NCBI RefSeq assembly: GCF_009834535.1
Contig: NC_045697.1
Span: 14,758,001 to 14,822,000 of the forward strand
Length of the DNA: 64,000 nucleotides
Direction of reading: 5' to 3'
From: Camelus ferus
Lineage: Eukaryota
The notes beneath the pieces are model-generated. The model saw only the letters and a list, made by a program, of their open reading frames with translations, did not search any database and had not been told where the DNA came from. Made by a program: the position numbers and the translations under genes. Positions 54,797 to 64,000 of the stretch are shown here, one piece after another; position 1 is the stretch's first letter, and the number at the start of each line of letters is the position of its first letter.

Positions 54797-54830
54797 GCAG
54801 ACAGGCAGACAGACAGACAGACAGACAGAC
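54711..54830. repeat. compound tetranucleotide microsatellite (GGAT)5(AGAT)12(AGAC/AGGC)13
   Basis: Counted directly. Confidence 0.95.
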
Positions 54831-56616
54831 AGATAAAGTGTGATTTCTGGGCACTACAGAGTCAGAGGCACGTACGTAGTCGACTTTGACCAAGTGACAG
54901 TGTGATAGCTCAGTGTTACCCAATTACAAAAATAGATATTGTTCACCTTAATACTGCTGAGTCTCTACAGTAAGAGCGACAGCAAAATTATTTCAGAGTA
55001 AATGGTGTCAATCAACATAGGAGCAGTGATACGTAGTTCTAATTCATGGAATGCCAGGTAGAATGCTTTAGTCTGAACACAGGATACAGAAAGGCAATGA
55101 CGAGCAGCTCAGGAAGCAGAAAACTAAGCAACATTATCAAGAAACTGAATATACTTAAGTAGTGACATGACAAAGTCAAACCCGGCGTTTGGAGGCCCCA
55201 GTCTGGTAAGCTGAATGACTAGGAAAACAGAAACAATGGTTTCCTGAATGTGGGTAATAGATCTAAATACTGGATCTAAGTGGAGATGGACAGAAAGGGA
55301 ATAGATGAGAGAATTAGGGAGGCATAGTAGAGAGGAAATGTCAATTGAAATTATTTTTAGAAAGTAAAGACAGAAGCATTCAAGATCCCCTATGAATTCA
55401 ACCTTGGCTGAATTATTGCTTCCATGAAAAGAAATGAGATAATACAAGGCAAAACACAGGAAGCCATAGGAAGGAAGATAAGACGTTGCATTTATGAATG
55501 TTGAGTTTGATATTTCGATAGAATATCTCTTAGGGTAGATACAGAATTTGAAATTACATAACTGGTGCCAATGAGAGAACAGAGCTGATGGTATAGAAAG
55601 TCCTTTGTCATTTTTCCATGATGTTCTATGTTTTCCTCTAGTCTTGCCATGTTATCATCTTTATCAGTCACTCAATTACTTTGCTTTTGTCTAATTCTGT
55701 AAAGTTTCTATGCCCTTCTGGATAATATTATCTCACATGACCCCTGTAATCACTCTATACTTCAGGTAGTATTTTTCCCATTTTTGAAAAGGAAACTGAG
55801 TCTCAAAGCCTATATTCTTTCCTAATTTTTTCTTTACTGATGAATCAAAAGAAAGACTTCTTTTTCTTTCCCCCTCCCTTATTCAATGAGCTGTGGATAA
55901 GATTTTGGGCCCATGCAAAGTCATTAAATTTTTTTACCTGTAATTCTTCTTTACAGATTTATGACCTGCTAAAACTTTCCAAGATCTATTGTCTCACCTG
56001 TTGGCAGGTTTTTTTAAATGAATTCCTTCTCATTTAAAAACAGTCCATTTACATTTCAAAAATCTTATCAGTATTAACCAGATTATTCCTTCTAATTATT
56101 CTTGTAGGTCTGATTTCAGAAAACTATTTGAAGCCATCTGTCTTTTAAATTCAAATTTGCGGCACATGAAAGAGCAGAATTTGATTTATATTATCTCTGC
56201 TTAGTTCTAGTACGTATAGAATAATACCTCGGCAGGATCTCACACGCAGCAGCTATAGTAGGTGCAAGTCTACAAGATAGCTGCCACAGAGAGTCAAGAT
56301 CACACACATCTACTAAGGGCACCTAAACGGCACCAACGTGTCAGAATTCTGTCTATAATCAGTACACACCCTGCTGATAGACAACCAGAAAAACATCCCG
56401 TTCTTAGGGAAAAAAAGTATGTATCTCTGTTTTTCATGCAATGTCTCAAATATACAGACAAGGGTCCAATCCGGCATGAGAATCAGTAGCCAAGTGTGTG
56501 GGAACTGAAGGATCAGTAGAAAAATCATTAAGTGGAGTCATCAGGTTTGCCTCAACATGGCCAGATCCACACATTACACTGTCTACTTTACATGTACATA
56601 AGGCAGATAAAGTCTG

Positions 56617-57038
56617 TGTACTGGGTTGGATAATTTACTCCCAAAATCCATGTCTACCCAGAACCTCAGAATGTAACCTTATTTAGAAACAGGGTGTTTG
56701 CATATGTAATTTGTTAAGAAGTCATCTGGATTAGGGTGGGCCCAACATCCAATGGCTGACAACATTATAAGAACTTGTGAAGACACAAAGAGGGAAGAAA
56801 TATGACAATAGAAGTGGTTTGGAACAATGTAGTGATAAGTCAAGGAACACCAAGGATTGCAGGAAACTACTAGAAGCTAGAAAGAGGCAAGAAAATACTC
56901 GTCCCTATAGCCCTCAGAAGGAACATGATCCTGAAGACACGTTGATTTCAGACTTCTAGCTTCCAGAACTGAGAGAGAATAAATTTCTGTTTTTTTTAAG
57001 CTACCCAACATGGTAGAGCATCCTGAGAAACTGATACA
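56617..57038 (+). mobile_element. solo MaLR LTR (MLT1C-like)
   Basis: tgtactgggttgga ... agaacctcagaatgtaaccttatttagaaacaggg ... ccagaactgagagagaataaatttctgtt ... aaactgataca. Confidence 0.85.
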
Positions 57039-59142
57039 GGCTCTCAATGACACATTACAACTTTCATTCATTTGCGTCCCTTACATAGGCAGAGACTCAG
57101 AGTTATACCACTTCCACACTGATATATGAGATATAATATGACACTCCCCCTCCCGTATACTTGATAAGTAATTGTATAAGACATGGATAAATCACATGTA
57201 TTTTGATATATTTAGGCAAAAGTATTTCCAGATCAAAAATAATTTAAGGGAAATCGTAATCATGTTTAAAATGCCATTTTAAACAGTTTATTTTAATTAA
57301 CAACTCTTATTGCATCCCAAGATGTGCAAACTATTGGAACCCAGAGAATCAGTAAGGAGAGAAGGCATGGTGACAATATTCCCTTCTTGAAACGCTTAGC
57401 GCTAAGGAAGCAGACTCTTCCCCCTCTTTCTCTCCACTCTGCTTCCTCAGGGCTTCGAGCTCCTGCCACCTCTGGAGCAGAAACCTCTCTGGTTCAGCTC
57501 TGGGCCCTCAGTTCTTCGGGGCTTCCTGGGTGGGCTTGTCCTCCCACGTGGCTTCCACTATCACCACAGTTCTGGGGGCACCAAATCCACACTCTTCTTT
57601 GATCGCTGACCTGGTCTGTAGCCTGCTACCATCACCTGCTTTCAGTAGTTGGCTGACTTGTCAGTGCAAACTCAACACTAGGAAGGATGCAAGATCTGCA
57701 CTCAGCAAGGTGCTGTTTGGCAGCACTGAATCGGATGGTTTCCAGTGTGCTTTTGTTCCCTGTCACTGTTCTCCCCTGCCCCACACCCATCCAAAACAAG
57801 GGTTCAGAGAAGCCACAGACCTAAGTGGAGTCTTGGATGCACACCTGAAACTGACTTTTTTCCTTTACAAAAAACTAGCTAAGACTAGAAAGGGAAGGAG
57901 GAAAGGAAAGAAGTGTGGTGACTCCAAAGAGCAGAAGAAGGACCAACCAGAGGGACAGACCTAAGAGGCTGGGGTCTTCGGTAAGTAAGACAGGAATGTT
58001 CTATCTCAAGTGTGAGGGGTAAGATGGGAAACAGTCAGGAGACTGATTCATCACCTAGGGATTAACAAATTTAATGCTTTATATTTTTTAATAAATGTAG
58101 GGAAAACCATTATTTTAAAGTATGTACAGTAGTCTTCACGCCACTTCACTGAATCCTCTAAACTACCCAAGAATAGAACATTGCCATTACTTCTCACTTA
58201 AGGAAACTGAAAGCTTAAACAATATTTCCAAGGACACATAACTACTAACTGCTAGCATTAGAACTAGAACACACTTCCTCTAACTATAAATCCATTGTCC
58301 TCTTTCTAATTTGCTTTTACAAATAATTCTTGATTTATCTGGGTTTTTTCCTCCTGCCCTTGAAGCATTTGAGTAAAATTACAAATACCTTACCAGCCAC
58401 TCAAGGAATTATATCACCTAAAAATGCTATTCTTCCCTCTTCTCCACAATTGCATGTATGAAGCATCTAATCATGTTGCCAGATTCCACACACACACACA
58501 AAAATACTCATCTTCTTTGAGCCTTGAATTTTCCTCTTAAGGTCTACTTCTTGCCATCCACTTCCATAAAGTGATTCTTTCGGCTGCTTGGAACGAGCAA
58601 TATGTGAATAAGAGAAAGAAAAAGTTTGTGAAAGATGGACCCAATTATAGCAGTCTGCATTTTCTCGTAATACTGGTGACAGCAGGGAAGTTGAGAAGCT
58701 GCTTTTAAGTCTATGACAAATAGACTTAAATAAATGTGTTCTGCAGGTCCAAAGTCAATAAAAATGTACATTATGTACTTGGAGTTAAGGTGGTAAATGA
58801 GGTCACAAATGCACTGAAAGCCGAACCGAAGTATTGAAAAGTCAAGGATGTATTAGGTAGGTGCTCCTAGAAAAGGTCAGAAGAGACGTCAGTGAAATTC
58901 CAGAAAGAAAGAAATCCATGTACTTGGGAGATTTCTACTTTAGACAGGGAAGGCGGCTCTTCAGGGAGTCACACAACCCCTACTTCCAAGTATATTCTCC
59001 CCTGTCAGTCAGTAAAATGGCTTGTATCAGACTAAGCCTGTTCTTTATTAACACTGGTACAATTCAACCCATAGAATAAAAAGGCTACTTGTCGATGAAT
59101 CTCTTTTCCAGGACCTGTGAGCCCAGGGCATTTCCCTAGGAG

Positions 59143-59312
59143 CAATAATTCTCAAACTTTATTGTCCATGAGAATCACCAGAGGGTACAAAATGCACATT
59201 CTCTAACTTCACCACCAGAATTTTTCTTAGGAGAAGCTTCAACATGTGCATTTTAAAATCTCCCTAGCTAATTCTGGTTCAGGCCAATCCTCCCTGCCAC
59301 ACCTGAAACTTA
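59143..59312. mobile_element. MER5-type hAT-Charlie MITE
   Basis: caataattctcaaactttattgtccatgagaatcaccagagg. Confidence 0.6.
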
Positions 59313-59969
59313 AAGGGAGGAAGAAAATTATTGTTTTTAACTCATTAAATTTTCATGACACTCTAAGGCAAATGCTATAAACTCCATTTTACCAATGGGA
59401 ACACCAGTAAACATTGCAATTAGTAAATTACCAGTTTTTTGTCTATCCATCCCATTGCCCTGCCATTTCCACTTCATCACATAGGAGTATGGTTGCTTAG
59501 AGAAACAGGTTAGCAATAGGCAAAGAATTTGGCATACAATCATTTGAGAGAACATTTATTGACAAAGGACCAGAAGTTCAGTCAATAAGAATAAGAAGAA
59601 AACTTTCCTGTAACCACAGGACCTGGCAAGTCTAGCAGAGCAATTTACAAATCGAATTAAGGTGTTGGGTAAGGAGCCTGATTATTAGAATCCTTCAAAT
59701 ATGGACTATTGAAAGGGACACTGAGTTGCCAGGAAGAGAAGACTTGGTATGGCTTTTTCACTATGGAAAAAGAAAGGTCAAGAGAACTATGTAGAAGGAT
59801 AAGGAATAAAATTAGCCCTGAGGCCATCTGAGTACATGGCATTAGATCCATGAACACATTCCTTAGTAGGGTTTTCAGTAGCCAAAGTTCTTACAGATCA
59901 AATTGTGAAGATTGATAGAGATTTTAAAATCTAGTGGGAGAGCAAAATTATGGGGCTAATAAACCTATC

Positions 59970-60292
59970 AGCGGTCACCAGGGTTGGAATGTGAGAAATA
60001 ATAGGCAGAGAACAGAGAATTTTGAGAGTGAAAATACTCTGACTCTATAATGATGGGCATAAATATTACACATTTGCCCAAACTCATAGACTGTACAGCA
60101 CCAGAGTGAACCCTAAGGTAAACTATGGATTTGGGTGATTATGTCATTGTAAGATTATCCTTGGTAACAAATGCACCATCCTGGTAAATGATATTAGGCA
60201 TGTGTGAGGGTAGGAGGGTATATGGGAAATCTCTACACCTTTCTCTCAATTCTGTTGCAAAACTTGAACTACTCTAAAAATAGAAAATAAAA
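59970..60292 (+). mobile_element. L1MC-type 3'UTR fragment
   Basis: agagtgaaccctaaggtaaactatgga ... gggtatatgggaaatctctacacc. Confidence 0.8.
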
Positions 60293-60641
60293 AGGGTCTT
60301 CGGAAAAATAAAACAGTGGGATAGAAAAGCTTTATTTATTGAACCTAAAAGAAGCAGCCACTAATCCAAAGGAGAAAACAGGGGATTTACTAAGCCCCTC
60401 TAATCCCCAGACAGTAGTTATGATGCAAGAAGTAGAGAAGATGGAGTAAATCAACCCCAGCACTGCTGCTGGCCTGGCATATTCCAGAGTATGTTCAAAT
60501 CCATTATCTCATTAGAGCTTCACAACGTTCCTGACATTTAGGCAGAACAGGCATCAATATGTCCAGTTTCCAGGAAGGGAAATAAGAACCTCTCTCCCAC
60601 CTCCACAAAGAATTAGGTTATTCTTCAGGTCACATTGCTAG

Positions 60642-60707
60642 ATCTTATCTTGGAAGGGCTTCAAGATGGCAGACTAGAAGGATGTGGAGCTCACCTCCTC
60701 CCACAAA
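60642..60707 (+). mobile_element. L1 5'-terminal fragment inserted in a MIR, with no poly(A)
   Basis: cttcaagatggcagactagaaggatgtggagctcacctcctcccacaaa resembles the start of laurasiatherian L1 5'UTRs (YY1 site CAAGATGGC). It is flanked by a 15-bp direct repeat with 13/15 identity (60627-60641, 60708-60722). Confidence 0.7.
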
Positions 60708-60858
60708 AGATCACACTGCTAGCAAAAGTAGGATCTAGGACTAACAACAGATCTTGACTCCTATGACAGTGCTCTAACTGAATACTGACACGCTAGAGGC
60801 ACAAATGCTAAAGAATTCAAATCTGATAGAACGACCTGGTCACTGCACCCACTTATTA

Positions 60859-61412
60859 TGTAGGTATGTTGGTTTTAAACATATGTCCACACATTTTTTG
60901 ATACTCTTCTCCTTAGGTACAGTGTAACCCTCTCCTCTTGAATGTGGGCTTCACTTAGTGACTTGCTTCCAGAAAGCAGGTTACTGCAGAAAGTGGGAAG
61001 GTATCACTTTGGAGATTAGGTTATAAAAAGATTGTGGCCTCCATCTTGGGTGCACTCTCTCTCTCTCTGTCTCTCCAGGTTCTGAGAGAAGCCAGCTACC
61101 ATGTCATGAAGTAGCCCTTGGAAGACAGAAGGCTGGTACCATGTGTAAGAACATTCAGACAGCTGCTGGAGAGGCCCACGTGGCAAGGAGCTGAGTCCCA
61201 CCAGCAACTTAGAGTGAACTTGAAAGTGGATGTTCCTTCAGTCAAAAATTAAAGGAACCGCTGACTCAGGCACCAGCTTGACTGTAACTTCATGACAGAC
61301 ACGGAGTCAGTACCACCCAGATAACTCAGAAAATCAGGAGATGAGAAAGTTTTGCTGTTTTAAGCCACTAAGTTTGGGGTAATCTGTTACATAATGATAG
61401 ATAACTAATATA
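60859..61412 (+). mobile_element. solo MaLR LTR (MLT1F/G-like)
   Basis: cttgaatgtgggcttcacttagtgacttgc ... gagaggcccacgtggcaaggagctgag ... tttaagccactaagtttggggtaatctgttac. Confidence 0.85.
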
Positions 61413-62344
61413 GTAAGGAAACAGTCGATTGATTTTTACATTACAGGTAACCCTGAATTATAAGAGAATCACATATTCAAACAGGAAATCTGTCCTATGT
61501 CAGTGGAACCACTGTAAAAAGAACAATGACATCAACAAGTTGAGAGCAGCTGAAGGAAAGAAGCTGTGACTGCCAAGGAAAGTGACTGGGGAGTCCTCAC
61601 GGGTGTGCTCCCAAGGAGAGCTGGCCTTCTCACCAAGTCGCCTCCGTGTTCTTGAACTTGCTCCTGTTCCATTTATTACACTATGTGAATTTCCATAAAT
61701 TAGAGATTTAATTGTGCTAACAACTACTCCGTTATAAATATGTAAATTCCTCTAAGGATGTTTAAATGATAGTTATCCACTCATTAGTTTCAATTAAAGT
61801 TCATTACTTTCATAATAACTCCTTGCTAAAATGACCTGTGCTAAGAAATGCAGGAATTAATGAAGGCAGCATGGCAGTAGCTCCATTTGGAGCACTCTGG
61901 GGACACAGTGGGACTGGGCCACAGAGAGCTGACAATTAGGAAAGTAATGATCAAGTGGGAGAGAGGGACCCTCAGTGAAGTAGCATGATGCCAAAGTGTG
62001 CAGAACAAACAAATAAAAAACTTTGTATCCAAGAAAAGAGAGATTTTTCTTCTCCTTTGAAATTAACCTGATATTCATCACAACATGATTTAACCTAAGT
62101 TCTAATGGGCCAGCCTTTAAACCTACCAGATCCATAACACAGTTCTTATGAGAAAATGAATTCCAAAATTGTACCAACAACTAGAATGTTGAACATAACT
62201 CATTTGTAAGCTGGGATGAAGGCTGGAACATAGTGGCTGTTAAATTTGGAAAAACACAGAGTTACAAACTTTTTAATGGTCCTAGCCTTTAAATTTTAAG
62301 GATGCTTTTGCTTTATTGTTTACTCAAATCACATTCTTTTAGTA

Positions 62345-62493
62345 CAGTATTTCTCAAACTTTACTGTGTATATAAATCACCTGGGGATCTTGTTAAAACA
62401 CATTTTGTGATGAGACTCAGGGTTCTGCATTGTTCTAAAAAGCTCCCAGGTGATATTAATCCTGCTGGAACTAAGACCATACTTTGAGGAGCA
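62345..62493. mobile_element. MER5A-type hAT-Charlie MITE
   Basis: cagtatttctcaaactttactgtgtatataaatcacctggggatcttgttaaaa ... gaccatactttgaggagca. Confidence 0.8.
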
Positions 62494-64000
62494 AAACTTT
62501 ACGCCACACAATTTAAGCAAGCAACTGTAGATTTTCTGTGATGCAAAAGATGACTTAACACTGCACCTCCTGGCTTCAGGTTTTAGCTACAATCAAATGT
62601 CACCAAATCAAGATGACATTTAATAGTAAAATTCATACATCTAGGCATAAAATTAAGTATTGTTTTACTTATTTTTAAATTTAAGTTCCAAGAGATAAGT
62701 ACAGTGGCTAAGAACATATGTCTGAGGTTAGACACACATGGGTTACAGTCTAGTCTTGTAATCTTCTAGCTGTGTGACCTGTGGTGAGTGAGTCAGACAG
62801 AGCCCGATAAAGAAAAAAAAAACACTTTAGGTATTTTAAACCAAAAAGATTTAATATAAGGAATACTACATATGTTAATTAATAATACTAAGTAGCAATT
62901 AATATTACTAATGTTAGAAGCCAAACAGTGAGCAACGGGGCTAGGGAGAGGACAGCCACAGCCAGATGGAGGAAAACACAATCCTCCCCATGGCCAGAGG
63001 ATCAAAAGGAGGAGGTGATGTTATAGGAGCCTGGTGGCAGCTGGCATCCCAGGGGATAGGATTATCCAGAGGGAGCTGGAGCCACAGAGGAGATGCTACT
63101 GCCAGAGACACTGCTGAGGCAAGAGATGGGAGATACCCTGGCTCCTCCCTCCCACCCTCCAGTCCCCTCCAGGATATTCCACAAGGTTGAACCTAGCCAC
63201 AAGGCTGCCAGCAAAACAATCTGAAATGTAGTTCCTTATGATGTAGATCTGAGCAAGGGAAGAGCAGGAAATGGACCTGAGAACAAACTAGCCAAGGACC
63301 ACAGCAGGTTACTGATAATCTTACTGCATCTAATGCTCAAACACACGTCGGTAAAACATGGGTGTTGTGTTATTTAAATGAGATACATTACATACAAAGC
63401 CCTTAGTAGAAGCTTGGTACTTAATTTTTTACCATCAACATCATCATCTTTTTTGTGGTCTGATGACAATTTCTCTTCATCCCTTTCTCTCCTAACACTC
63501 ATTTCCCCATTGGTATGTGGAGTCATAGAGAGATTAGAAACAGAATATTATCAATGTCCTAATATATCAAAATTATGCTATGATAAATTGTATTAAGTGC
63601 AGAAACATCAGTTTGTTTCATTCACATGATAGAATCAGAAAAGCTTTAAAGTCTTCTACCAGGCATACTGTAAGGACCCCAAACTTCTCAATGAAGTGGA
63701 CTCAAGAGCAGCATTAGAACCTGCAGGCCTTTTGAGGACTGTGCTTGAGACACGGGGCATGGGTCTGAAAAAGATATGAAGGGTTTAGAGGAGAAGGAAG
63801 GAGAAGGAGATGAAAGAGGAAAGGTATTCTCATCCACCCAGGAAGGTCGACTGTGAGGGACAGAGGGGTTACCCAGTGGAACCCAGAAACACACATGACC
63901 TTATCTGGATTTCAGGAGCATCGATGTTGACTGGTAATTAGGTTGCTGCGTCTCTTGACTAGGGCCATCCCTGCCTGCCTTTCCAGGTGCTGTGGCCCTA

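Noticed and set aside
62793..63305. Possible old ERVL-type LTR (similar stretch at ~4870-5250)
   Set aside because: Resemblance is too degenerate to assign termini, TSD or family without RepeatMasker.
1..64000. Other KCNIP4 coding exons (EF-hand core, other N-termini) and KCNIP4 intronic ncRNAs
   Set aside because: I found no sequence encoding the KChIP core or other known N-termini by eye, and I cannot identify any intronic ncRNA from sequence alone. A TBLASTN/BLASTN search would be needed to exclude them.

Overview
Mammalian genomic DNA that is AT-rich and dense in repeats. It is most likely from a cetartiodactyl, probably a camelid: the youngest L1 3' UTR is camelid-like and I saw no Alu, B1, Bov-tA or Can-SINE elements. 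The window lies inside the very large KCNIP4 gene, which runs on the minus strand. The only protein-coding exon I can support is missing from the ORF track: a 100-nt exon at 23112-23013 (-) encoding MNLEGLEMIAVLIVIVLFVKLLEQFGLIEAGLE. This is the N-terminal K-channel inactivation suppressor (KIS/KISD) segment of KChIP4a, and it ends in a G|GTAAG donor. Just upstream are three upstream ATGs, a ~140-nt pyrimidine tract ending in a CAGTAG tandem acceptor, a strong upstream GTGAGT donor, a CpG-rich patch and an RFX X-box. The rest is intron filled with L1, L2, CR1/L3, MIR, MaLR LTR and DNA-transposon fossils. Notable among these are two 5'-inverted (twin-primed) L1s and two 'tailless' retro-insertions with target-site duplications (a tRNA-Lys 5' half and an L1 5'-terminal fragment). 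Almost all listed ORFs are spurious or L1-derived. I found no evidence of a novel multi-gene system. The best leads are the regulatory architecture of the KChIP4a 5' leader and the retrotransposition oddities. Repeat family names are from recall of consensus sequences, and repeat boundaries are approximate unless TSDs are given.
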